The translations under genes and the position numbers were made by a program. From contig QHXH01000044.1 of the NCBI GenBank assembly GCA_003222855.1, positions 1,764 through 31,920 on the forward strand: DNA of 30,157 nucleotides, read 5' to 3'. The notes below the pieces were generated by a model that searched no databases, had not been told where the DNA came from, and saw nothing but the letters and a program-made list of their open reading frames with translations. Below are positions 18,569-26,855 of the stretch, piece after piece; positions within the stretch are counted from its first letter, which is position 1; each line of letters starts with the position of its first letter. The DNA comes from Acidobacteriota bacterium. GTDB lineage: Bacteria; Acidobacteriota; Blastocatellia; Pyrinomonadales; Pyrinomonadaceae.

Positions 18569-18631
18569 GTAACGCAAACTGTTAGTTTGCGCGCAAGCTA
18601 ACAGCTTTGGGCGCTATCAAGCGCGCTTGAT
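18569..18631. repeat. Head-to-head palindrome doublet plus a 16-bp perfect palindrome in the secA/lysC divergent region
   Basis: CGCAAACT-GTT-AGTTTGCG abuts CGCAAGCTAACAGC..GCGCTA; ATCAAGCGCGCTTGAT at 18616-18631. Confidence 0.55.
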
Positions 18632-18691
18632 CACCGGTGTTCTCTGTGGTTGACTAGATTTTCCGCAATTGCTTCAAAACATACGGTATCC

Positions 18692-20191
18692 ATGGTAAAG
18701 CGCCCAACGATCATGAAATTCGGCGGCACGTCCGTTGAGGACGCGACTGCCATCCGCAACGTCGCCGCAATCATCAAACTGGCGGTCAACTCTCGGCCGG
18801 TCATCATCGTATCGGCGATCGGCGGATTCACTAATTCATTGCTGGCGAGCGTCGCCAAAGCAATCGACGGCGATGCCCGCGCCGCTACCAAATCGCTCGA
18901 GGCTGATTTTGATCGCCACCTGACGATTGCCAGAGAACTGCTGGACAAGGAATCGTGCCCGGCATTCGCGTCGACGATTGGCGATGCGCGCAGCAAGATT
19001 CGGCAGTTGCACAAAATCATCGCCGCGCATCCCGTCACCAGCCCGCCGCTACAGGATGAGATCGTCGCCTACGGTGAACATCTTTCGTCTCAATTGCTGA
19101 CCGCCGCACTGGTTCAAAACGATGTGGCCGCGCGTCAGGTCGACGCTCGTTGCTGCATCAAGACCGACGAGGCGTATGGCGCAGCGACGCCGCAACCCCT
19201 TACCGGGAACGCGATCAAGACTGAACTCGAGCCTTTGCTTCACGCGGCGAAAATTCCGGTGCTCGGAGGTTTCATCGGCAGTACCGCGAGAGGGGTAACG
19301 ACGACGCTCGGCCGCGGCGGATCGGATTACTCAGCCGCGATTATTGGCGCGGCGTTGGAGGCGCGCGAGATTCAAATTTGGACCGACGTGAGCGGCGTGC
19401 TTACAGCCGATCCGCGAATCGTTCCTAATGCCCGGACAATCCCGGTTCTCTCATACCAGGAAGCGGCCGAGCTCGCTTACTTTGGCGCCAAGGTCCTGCA
19501 TCCGAAGACAATTCAACCGGCAATCGACAAGCGCATTCCCGTGCGTGTGTGTAACTCGCGCGCGCCGCGCGAAGCAGGCACGCTGATAGTTTCAGAATCA
19601 GCAGCCGCGCCGCAAACAATCAAAGCCATCGCGCACAAAACCGGAATCACCACAGTCCAGGTCACTTCGGCGCGAATGCTCGGCGCCTATGGTTTTTTGC
19701 GCGCCTTGTTCGAAGTGTTTGATCGACATCGAATCGCAGTCGACGTCGTGACGACTTCGGAAGTGAGTGTCTCGCTGTCAATCGATGACGCCAGCGCGTT
19801 GCCGCAATTGATTCCCGATCTTGAAGAGCTGGGAACGGTTGAAGTAGAAAAAGATCGCACAATAATTTCAGTGGTTGGCGAGGGCTTGCGAAACACGCCC
19901 GGGATTGCCGCTCGAGTCTTCTCAGTGATCGGCGACATTAACGTTTCGATGATTTCAGTTGGCGCATCCAGTGTGAACCTGACCTTTATGGTTGATGAAG
20001 CTCACGCGGCGCAAGCCATTGAGCGCCTGCATCGAGTGTGTTTTGAAGACGAAGCTGGCGGAAACCCGACCCCGGGTGGGGCGGTAAGGGAGGTTGCGCC
20101 GAGTGGCGCCGGCACCGTCCCTATCGACCACCCCACGCGAGATGCTCGCGTGGGGACCCCGGTTGGTCGGATTTCTGCCACCCGGAGGTGA
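18692..20191 (+). CDS. lysC: Aspartate kinase with a repeat-derived C-terminal extension
   Basis: MKFGGTSV, VSAIGG.TN.L, TTLGRGGSDYSA, IWTDVSGVLTADPR, EAAELAYFGAKVLHP, two ACT domains. The last ~45 aa are encoded by palindromic repeats. Confidence 0.96.
   Translation: MVKRPTIMKFGGTSVEDATAIRNVAAIIKLAVNSRPVIIVSAIGGFTNSLLASVAKAIDGDARAATKSLEADFDRHLTIARELLDKESCPAFASTIGDARSKIRQLHKIIAAHPVTSPPLQDEIVAYGEHLSSQLLTAALVQNDVAARQVDARCCIKTDEAYGAATPQPLTGNAIKTELEPLLHAAKIPVLGGFIGSTARGVTTTLGRGGSDYSAAIIGAALEAREIQIWTDVSGVLTADPRIVPNARTIPVLSYQEAAELAYFGAKVLHPKTIQPAIDKRIPVRVCNSRAPREAGTLIVSESAAAPQTIKAIAHKTGITTVQVTSARMLGAYGFLRALFEVFDRHRIAVDVVTTSEVSVSLSIDDASALPQLIPDLEELGTVEVEKDRTIISVVGEGLRNTPGIAARVFSVIGDINVSMISVGASSVNLTFMVDEAHAAQAIERLHRVCFEDEAGGNPTPGGAVREVAPSGAGTVPIDHPTRDARVGTPVGRISATRR
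20057..20179. repeat. Family A doublet with a second hairpin element nested in its arms, inside the lysC 3' end
   Basis: Arms 20057-20097 and 20112-20179; nested perfect 11-bp hairpin CCCCACGCGAG-ATG-CTCGCGTGGGG at 20131-20155. Confidence 0.8.
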
Positions 20192-20195
20192 TCCA

Positions 20196-21155
20196 TTGGC
20201 AAATTCAGTGGACGTCTTCAGACTCACGCGGGAGCTGATCGATATTCCTTCAGTCACCGGCGACGAAGTTGAAGACGAGAGATCGAACATCATCGCCACG
20301 ACGGAAGCTCAACCACGCATCGTACTCTCGACGCACATGGACACTGTGCCGCAGTTCATCCCCTCAAGCGAAGACAGCGAGTTTATCTACGGACGGGGTG
20401 CCTGCGATGCGAAAGGAATCATCGCGGTTCAAATTGCGGCCGCCGAACAACTGCGCCTCGAAGGCATCAACGAGATCGGCCTGCTGTTCACGGTTGACGA
20501 AGAGGTGACGAGCGCCGGCGCGAAGCTCGCGAACCAACATCCACTCGCAGAGTCGTGCGAGTACCTGATCAATGGCGAGCCAACCGACAATCAACTTGCC
20601 ATCGGGACCAAGGGCTCGCTGCAAGCAGTCATCGCCGCGGAAGGCCGCGCGGCGCATTCTGCTTATCCCGAAGCGGGTGAATCGGCGATCGAGAAATTGC
20701 TGGATGTGCTCAGTGATATTCGCAATCTCGCCTGGCCGGGTGATGATGTGTTTGGCGAAACGACATGCAATATAGGAATCATCGCGGGAGGCACGCGCGC
20801 GAATGTGATTCCCGACGCAGCACAGGCAACGCTGCAGCTTCGGCTGGCGGTCGAGGCGGCTTCAGTAAAGACTTTGCTCGAGGATACGATCGCCGAACGC
20901 GTGACTATCGACTATCGATCAGTTCATGATCCGGTGCGCTTATTAATAATCGACGGCTTCGATCGAATGCTGGCGCGATTCACCACTGACATTCCGTATC
21001 TGTCGAATTGGGGCCAGCCGTTGCTGATTGGACCGGGATCGATTTTAGTCGCGCATACGGAGCATGAGAGAGTCAAGAAGGATGAATTATTGCGAGCGGT
21101 GGAAATCTATGTTGACCTGGTACGGAAGCTAATGTTACAGAACCGCGAGCGTTAG
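20196..21155 (+). CDS. M20/ArgE-DapE family metallo-amidohydrolase, probable succinyl-DAP desuccinylase by context
   Basis: LSTHMDTVP, YGRGACDAKG, TVDEE, GEPT, GRAAHS, AHT.HE. TTG start 6 nt after GGAGGT. Apparent in-frame deletion at ~20270. Confidence 0.85.
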   Translation: MANSVDVFRLTRELIDIPSVTGDEVEDERSNIIATTEAQPRIVLSTHMDTVPQFIPSSEDSEFIYGRGACDAKGIIAVQIAAAEQLRLEGINEIGLLFTVDEEVTSAGAKLANQHPLAESCEYLINGEPTDNQLAIGTKGSLQAVIAAEGRAAHSAYPEAGESAIEKLLDVLSDIRNLAWPGDDVFGETTCNIGIIAGGTRANVIPDAAQATLQLRLAVEAASVKTLLEDTIAERVTIDYRSVHDPVRLLIIDGFDRMLARFTTDIPYLSNWGQPLLIGPGSILVAHTEHERVKKDELLRAVEIYVDLVRKLMLQNRER

Positions 21156-21267
21156 CGAGCGGGATCAGTACTCAACCCGACCGCGACGACGATTTCTTAG
21201 TGGACATAAGATGCACTCGAGTTCTTAAATTGAATCTTTGTCCCACTCGCTACCCGTCGCGGTTCTG
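21138..21267. repeat. REP-like inverted doublet, family B; left arm contains the stop codon of the M20 gene
   Basis: CAGAACCGCGAGCGTTAGCGAGCGGGA (21138-21164) / TCCCACTCGCTACCCGTCGCGGTTCTG (21241-21267). Confidence 0.85.
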
Positions 21268-21286
21268 AAACGGCGTACTGCCAACC

Positions 21287-21994
21287 ATGAAGATCGCACT
21301 AATCGGATATGGCGCGATGGGCCAATTGGTCGGCAAGCTGGCCGTTGACCAGGGCCATCAAATCGCGCTGACACTGGATCTTGATTGCGCCCAGCGCAGC
21401 ATCGGCGATCTCGCCAGTGCGCTGCGCGGGTGTGAAGTCGCCATCGATTTTTCGATCGCTGATGCGGTCCCCAAAAACGTTGAATCGTGTTCCCGTGCCG
21501 GTGTGCCCATGGTTGTCGGCACGACGGGTTGGCAGTCGCAACTCGAACACGTGCGAGGGCTCGTCGAGCAGTACCATGGCGCTCTAATCCACGGCGCGAA
21601 TTTTTCAATCGGCGTGCAGCTCTTTTATCGAATCGCGGCGCGCGCGGCTGAGCTGTTTCGCAATGTGGACTCGCATGATCCATTTATCGAAGAAGCTCAT
21701 CACAAACGAAAACGCGACGCGCCATCAGGAACCGCTCTGCACCTTCATCAGATCGCGAGCGTGAACATTGGCCGTGACGTGCCCGTTTCATCAACGCGAG
21801 CTGGTTACATTCCCGGCACGCATCGCCTTGGTTTTGATTCAGTCGCCGATCAGATCACAATCACGCATGAAGCGCGATCGCGCGAAGGCTTTGCGGCCGG
21901 CGCGCTGCTGGCCGCGCAATGGATTGTGGGACACAAGGGTGTCTATGAGTTTTCAGAGGTGTTCGAAGAGATCGTTAGAGCGAACGCTCCGTAG
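21287..21994 (+). CDS. dapB: 4-hydroxy-tetrahydrodipicolinate reductase
   Basis: IGYGAMG, AIDFS, VVGTTGW, NFSIGV, EAHH..K.DAPSGTAL, S.RAG.IPGTH, ITHEA.SREGFAAGAL.AA. Confidence 0.95.
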   Translation: MKIALIGYGAMGQLVGKLAVDQGHQIALTLDLDCAQRSIGDLASALRGCEVAIDFSIADAVPKNVESCSRAGVPMVVGTTGWQSQLEHVRGLVEQYHGALIHGANFSIGVQLFYRIAARAAELFRNVDSHDPFIEEAHHKRKRDAPSGTALHLHQIASVNIGRDVPVSSTRAGYIPGTHRLGFDSVADQITITHEARSREGFAAGALLAAQWIVGHKGVYEFSEVFEEIVRANAP

Positions 21995-22126
21995 GAGCGA
22001 AATGTTTATCGCGCAGAGCCTGGTAAATTATCTTAAGCTCCTTCAGCGACATGTTTATCTCGCTCCTAAAGGAGTTAAAGAAAAGAGAGCAGTCGGTAAC
22101 TATAAATATCGCGCTCCTAACGGAGC
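21986..22126. repeat. REP-like element, family C; left arm contains the dapB stop codon
   Basis: GCTCCGTAGGAGCGAAATGTTTAT (21986-22009) ... CTATAAATATCGCGCTCCTAACGGAGC (22100-22126); internal partial copy at 22059-22074. Confidence 0.85.
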
Positions 22127-22157
22127 GCAATCCAGGTTAGAAAGGAACTCAGCCATC

Positions 22158-23078
22158 ATGACGATGAAAATTGATTGGATGCGCGGATGCGCGACGGCTT
22201 TGGTAACCCCATTCAGATCCGATGGGGCGATTGACGAAGAGCGCATGCGCGCGCTCGTCGATCGACAAATCAAAGGTGGCGTGCGTTTGCTGGTGCCCTG
22301 CGGCACTACCGGCGAGAGCGCGACCATGACGGAAGAAGAAGATGCGCGCGTGATTGGGTTGACGATTGAAGTCGCACGCGGACGCGCAAAAGTTATTGCC
22401 GGCGCGGGAAGCAACTCGACTGCGTCGGCCATCGAATACTCAAAGCGGGCGCGAGACGCGAGCGCTGACGCAGTGCTGCAAGTCGCTCCCTGGTACAACA
22501 AGCCCACACAGGAAGGTTTGTACGCTCACTTTCGCGCGATCGCTGCAGCTGTTCCGGAAATGCCCATCATGCTTTACAACGTGCCGGGCCGCACATCGTC
22601 GAACATCGCTGCCCAGACGACGCTGCGGCTGGCAAGGGATTGCGAGAACATCGTGGCGGTTAAAGAGGCGTCCGGAAACCTGACGCAGATCATGGAGATA
22701 CTGCGTGAGCGGCCGGCGGACTTTTCCGTTTTGTCAGGCGACGACGCGGTGACCTTACCGCTGATCGCGCTGGGGGCAGAAGGAATAGTTAGCGTGGCGT
22801 CGAATGAAGTCCCCGATCTAATGTCGCGTATGACGAATCTGGCGCTTGATGGGAAATGGGGCGAAGCGCGCGCGTTGCACTATCGTTTGCTGCCACTGAT
22901 GGAAGTGAACTTCATCGAATCAAGTCCCGGTCCTGTCAAAGCCGCGATGGCCCTGATGGGATTGCTGGAAGAGAATTTTCGTTTGCCACTCGTGCCGATC
23001 CAGGAAAAGAGTCGCACGCGGATTCGCGAAGTACTAGCCGAGCTCGGCGTTTTGGAGAGTGCACATGTCGCTGCGTAA
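22158..23078 (+). CDS. dapA: 4-hydroxy-tetrahydrodipicolinate synthase
   Basis: TALVTPF, GTTGESAT, VIAGAGSNST, P.YNKPTQEGLYAHF, LYNVPGRT, VKEASG, LSGDD. Start set at ATG 22158. Confidence 0.97.
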   Translation: MTMKIDWMRGCATALVTPFRSDGAIDEERMRALVDRQIKGGVRLLVPCGTTGESATMTEEEDARVIGLTIEVARGRAKVIAGAGSNSTASAIEYSKRARDASADAVLQVAPWYNKPTQEGLYAHFRAIAAAVPEMPIMLYNVPGRTSSNIAAQTTLRLARDCENIVAVKEASGNLTQIMEILRERPADFSVLSGDDAVTLPLIALGAEGIVSVASNEVPDLMSRMTNLALDGKWGEARALHYRLLPLMEVNFIESSPGPVKAAMALMGLLEENFRLPLVPIQEKSRTRIREVLAELGVLESAHVAA

Positions 23079-23109
23079 CGGCGTTAGAGTACCGACTTCG
23101 ACAAACGAG

Positions 23110-23205
23110 GTCAGTACCGAGAGCGGTAGCGACCGGGTAGGAATTGCTGGCAATCTCGACCTCTTGCAATACTGCGACCCGGTCGCTACCGCTCCCGGTA
23201 CTGAC
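23110..23205. repeat. REP-like inverted doublet, family B
   Basis: GTCAGTACCGAGAGCGGTAGCGACCGGGT / ACCCGGTCGCTACCGCTCCCGGTACTGAC: 29-nt arms, one mismatch. Confidence 0.93.
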
Positions 23206-23247
23206 ACCGTTAACCAACCAAAGTTGGTACTCTAACACCTGCTGCCA

Positions 23248-24084
23248 ATGTCACTGCAAGAACAAATTGAGGAGCTTGCATCAGGCGACCACCCGGATTA
23301 CTCCGACCGTGACTTCGCGCTCTTCAATGACTTCAAAGCCGCGCTAAATCGAGGTGAGATTCGCGCCGCCGAACGTGACGCCGATGGAAAGTGGCGCACG
23401 AACGCGTGGGTGAAGCGCGGCATTCTGCTCGGCTTCCGCATGGGGGCAATTGTTGAAATGACCCCGCCGGACGCACCGTTGCAGTTTCTCGACAAGGACA
23501 CTTATCCAATACGGAGATTTTCACCTGACGATCGCGTGCGCATCGTGCCGGGAGGATCGAGCATTCGCGATGCCGTTTACATTGCGCCCGGCGTTGTCTG
23601 TATGCCGCCGATGTTCGTTAACGCGGGCGCTTATGTGGACGAGGGGACGATGATAGACAGCCACGCGCTGGTCGGTTCGTGCGCGCAGATAGGAAAGCGA
23701 GTCCATCTTTCTGCGGCAGCGCAAATCGGCGGCGTGTTAGAGCCTGCGGGAGCGATGCCGGTGATCATCGAAGACGACGTGATTATCGGGGGCAACTGCG
23801 GCGTTTATGAAGGCGCCATAGTGCGCGAGCGCGCGGTGCTGGCGTCGGGAACAATCATCACGGGATCCACGCCGGTATTCGATCTCGTACGCGAACAGGT
23901 TTATCGACGGAGCGGGAAGGAGCCGATCGAAATCCCCGCAGGCGCTGTGGTTGTACCAGGTGCGAGGCGAATTCAAACCGAGAAAGGACGCGAATGGGGA
24001 CTGTCGCTTTACGCTCCGGTGATCGTGAAGTATCGCGATGAGAAGACTGACGCGGCAACGCAGTTGGAGGAGGCGCTGCGATGA
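23248..24084 (+). CDS. dapD: Tetrahydrodipicolinate N-succinyltransferase
   Basis: [79 protein letters not shown]. Confidence 0.95.
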   Translation: MSLQEQIEELASGDHPDYSDRDFALFNDFKAALNRGEIRAAERDADGKWRTNAWVKRGILLGFRMGAIVEMTPPDAPLQFLDKDTYPIRRFSPDDRVRIVPGGSSIRDAVYIAPGVVCMPPMFVNAGAYVDEGTMIDSHALVGSCAQIGKRVHLSAAAQIGGVLEPAGAMPVIIEDDVIIGGNCGVYEGAIVRERAVLASGTIITGSTPVFDLVREQVYRRSGKEPIEIPAGAVVVPGARRIQTEKGREWGLSLYAPVIVKYRDEKTDAATQLEEALR

Positions 24085-24168
24085 AGTTGACCCGTTGGTA
24101 CCGGTGCAGGTTTTAACTTCAACATCGGCGGAGCGCGAGAGAGTCGACGTTCTTTAGTCGCGTTCAGG

Positions 24169-24393
24169 CGGCTTTCCCGCAGGGTTACTAGACCGGGCGT
24201 TTGACGCCCGGGTTAGGACGCCCCAGAATCGCACAGCCCGTTTCAACGGGCTTATTGGATAGGGCTTTAGCCGTGATGCTAAAGCTGTATATTCAAAGCA
24301 CGCTGGAAGCGCTCTTAAGAGCAGCGGCCTCGGCTTACCCAGCGCTAAAAGCGCTGGTCTACGACCCTTCGGGAAAGCCGTCTCAAGACGGCT
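24169..24393. repeat. Composite multi-hairpin element bounded by ~45-nt inverted arms
   Basis: Arms 24169-24213 and 24337-24380; internal palindromes at 24235-24252, 24263-24285, 24311-24322 and 24376-24393. Confidence 0.8.
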
Positions 24394-24449
24394 GCGGGCC
24401 AAGAGTATCCCGTAATCAGGTCTGTTGCCGAACATTAGAAATAAGCACC

Positions 24450-25598
24450 TTGAACCAATTCCAACCACCACCATTTCTCCGCGGCATCGAGAAGAGCATG
24501 ATCCGAAAGATTTCGGATCGCGCGAAGCCGGGTAGTATCAGTCTCGGACTCGGTGAACCGGACCTGCCGACGCCGGAAGTTATCGTTCGCGAAGCAGTCC
24601 GCGTCATTCAGGAAGAGAAAAGTGGCTACACCTTGCAAGCCGGCATACCGGCTTTGCGTGAACGAATCGCGGGCGATTATCCGCACATGAAGCTCTCTAC
24701 TGACAACGTCGTCGTTACTGCCGGATCGCAGGAGTCGCTGTACTTGATCCTGCGCACGCTGGTTGAAGAAGGCGATGAGGTGCTGATACCAAATCCAGGC
24801 TTTATCGCCTATCCGATGATCCTGAAAATGATCGGCGCGAAGATGGTCACTTATCGACTGCCTGCGAAAAATGATTTCAGTTTTGATATTGATGATTTTA
24901 AGAAGCAGATAACCTCTAAAACCAAAGTTGTCATTTGCATCAGTCCTTCAAATCCCACCGGGCGCGCGTTGTCGAAGGACGAATTGCAAGCGATGGCCGA
25001 CGCGGTGACGGCCAGCGGTTCAGATGCTTTCATCGTCAGCGACGAGATTTATCGCGAACTCTATTACACGCCGGAGCGCCCGGCTTCGATCTCGGAATTC
25101 TATCCGCGCACAATCATCGTGAGCGGACTTTCCAAATCAATGCGCATGACCGGATGGCGAATTGGTTGGCTCGCGGGTGACGAGGCCGTGATGCGCGCGG
25201 CACTGGTGCTGCACGGTTATGTGGTTACGTGTGCGTCAAGCATTTCGCAAAAAGCTGCGCTGGCCGCATGGACTGATGGCGCCGCGGCGGCGCGTGAAGA
25301 GTACCGCGCGATCTTTCATCGGCGGCGCGATCATTTACTTCGAATGTTGCGCGATGAGTTGGGATTGCGGTGCGTTACGCCGGAAGGCGCGTTCTACACA
25401 ATGGTTGATGTAAGCCGTTACGGCGATGAATTGAAAGTCGCCGAAGCCGGCCTCGAACAGGGAGTGGTCACAATTCCGGCCGCCGCGTTTGGCGATGAGA
25501 GCAAAGGTTTTCTGCGCATCTCGTTCTGCGCTGACGAAGAGAAGTTGAGCGAAGGCGTGCGAAGATTGGGCGAGGCGCTGAAGTCTTTGAAGAATTAA
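24450..25598 (+). CDS. PLP-dependent aminotransferase class I/II, probable N-succinyl-DAP aminotransferase (DapC-like) by context
   Basis: ISLGLGEPD, YT..AGIPALRE.I, VTAGSQE, GDEVLIPNPGF, SPSNPTG, SDEIY, SGLSKS..MTGWRIG. Start uncertain (TTG 24450 or ATG 24498). Confidence 0.88.
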   Translation: MNQFQPPPFLRGIEKSMIRKISDRAKPGSISLGLGEPDLPTPEVIVREAVRVIQEEKSGYTLQAGIPALRERIAGDYPHMKLSTDNVVVTAGSQESLYLILRTLVEEGDEVLIPNPGFIAYPMILKMIGAKMVTYRLPAKNDFSFDIDDFKKQITSKTKVVICISPSNPTGRALSKDELQAMADAVTASGSDAFIVSDEIYRELYYTPERPASISEFYPRTIIVSGLSKSMRMTGWRIGWLAGDEAVMRAALVLHGYVVTCASSISQKAALAAWTDGAAAAREEYRAIFHRRRDHLLRMLRDELGLRCVTPEGAFYTMVDVSRYGDELKVAEAGLEQGVVTIPAAAFGDESKGFLRISFCADEEKLSEGVRRLGEALKSLKN

Positions 25599-25759
25599 CC
25601 ACAGACGGCACAGAGGAAGAACAAAAAGAATCAGCTACGAAAATGCACAAAAGGCACAAACGAGAAAAGGGGGAAAACACGGACGCTGTGGATAATCCTT
25701 TTGTGCTACTTGTGCCTTTTTGTGGCTGATTAGATTTTCTCTGTGCCCTCTGTGGTTAA
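25595..25759. repeat. Nested inverted repeats (outer AACCACAGA.GGCACAGAG type; inner GCACAAAAGGCACAAA type)
   Basis: Outer arms 25595-25617 and 25737-25759, both ending in TTAA; inner arms 25633-25660 and 25700-25727. Confidence 0.8.
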
Positions 25760-25768
25760 ATGATCGCA

Positions 25769-26767
25769 ATGAAGAAATTTCGGGTTGGCATTCTCGGTGC
25801 GACTGGCGTGGTGGGCCAGCGCTTCATTCAACTGCTCGAAGACCATCCGCAATTCGAAATAACCGCACTCGCCGCATCCGGCCGCTCGCAGGGAAAACCC
25901 TTCGCGCAGGCTTGTACCTGGCGCTTGCCCGGCGACATGCCCGAGCGCGTGAAACAGATCGTCGTCGAGCCTCCCGCTCCGCCACTCGACTGTGATCTTG
26001 TCTTTGCGAGTCTGCCGGGCGAAATAGCTAAAGATGCCGAGGAGGAATTTGCGCGTCTGTTAATTCCGGAAGTAAACGCGGACCACCTGGCGCTAATCGA
26101 CTTTCAGCGAAAGAACCGCGGCTTCGATCGCGGCTTCATCGTTACTAATCCAAACTGTTCGGCGATTGTGATCGTGATGGCACTCGCACCGCTGCATACG
26201 AAGTTCGGCGTTACCTCGTGCGTCGTCACCACGATGCAGGCGCTTTCCGGCGCCGGATATCCGGGAGTTGCTTCGCTCGACGCCACGGACAACGTGATTC
26301 CATTTATCGGCGGCGAAGAAGAGAAGATCGAAGCTGAGACTTTGAAGTTGCTTGGTCATTGTCAGAACGGCGCGATTGCCGGGCCAGACATGACGGTGAG
26401 CGCGCAATGTAATCGCGTCAACGTAAGCGATGGTCACATGGCGTCGATCCGGGTTAAATTGAAGACAGCAGTATCGATTGATGACATCCGCGGAGCGCTC
26501 GCTTCCTTCACGTCCCAGCCGCAACAGTTGAAACTTCATTCAGCGCCTGAAAGACCAATCATTGTAAGAAACGAAAACGATCGCCCGCAGCCGCGTCTCG
26601 ATCGTGATTCAGGAAATGGAATGAGTGTCACGGTCGGCCGCGTGATGCCCGATAACGTGCTCGATTATCGATTCGTCGCCTTGGGCCATAATACGATTCG
26701 CGGCGCGGCAGGGGCAGCAATCCTTAATGCGGAATTGTTGATCGCGCAAGGGTATTTGGTGCAGTAG
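25769..26767 (+). CDS. asd: Aspartate-semialdehyde dehydrogenase (apparent internal in-frame deletion)
   Basis: ILGATGVVGQRF, IPEVNADHL, VTNPNCS, TTMQALSGAGYPG, NVIPFIGGEEEK, AQCNRVNVSDGH, HNTIRGAAG.AILNAE. Confidence 0.95.
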   Translation: MKKFRVGILGATGVVGQRFIQLLEDHPQFEITALAASGRSQGKPFAQACTWRLPGDMPERVKQIVVEPPAPPLDCDLVFASLPGEIAKDAEEEFARLLIPEVNADHLALIDFQRKNRGFDRGFIVTNPNCSAIVIVMALAPLHTKFGVTSCVVTTMQALSGAGYPGVASLDATDNVIPFIGGEEEKIEAETLKLLGHCQNGAIAGPDMTVSAQCNRVNVSDGHMASIRVKLKTAVSIDDIRGALASFTSQPQQLKLHSAPERPIIVRNENDRPQPRLDRDSGNGMSVTVGRVMPDNVLDYRFVALGHNTIRGAAGAAILNAELLIAQGYLVQ

Positions 26768-26834
26768 CCCGACCGTAAGGGGGGCGTAAAACAAACTTGA
26801 GAGTAATACGCCCCCCTTACGGTCGGGCTACTGC
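26761..26834. repeat. REP-like inverted doublet, family A; left arm contains the asd stop codon
   Basis: Perfect 28-bp arms GCAGTAGCCCGACCGTAAGGGGGGCGTA / TACGCCCCCCTTACGGTCGGGCTACTGC. Confidence 0.95.
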
Positions 26835-26855
26835 CCCGCGAAGCCCTTTTCGGTA

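Noticed and set aside
18454-18691. Lysine riboswitch upstream of lysC
   Set aside because: I could not find the L-box hallmark motifs or a ~170-nt multi-stem; the structure present is explained by short palindromes. An Infernal scan would settle it.
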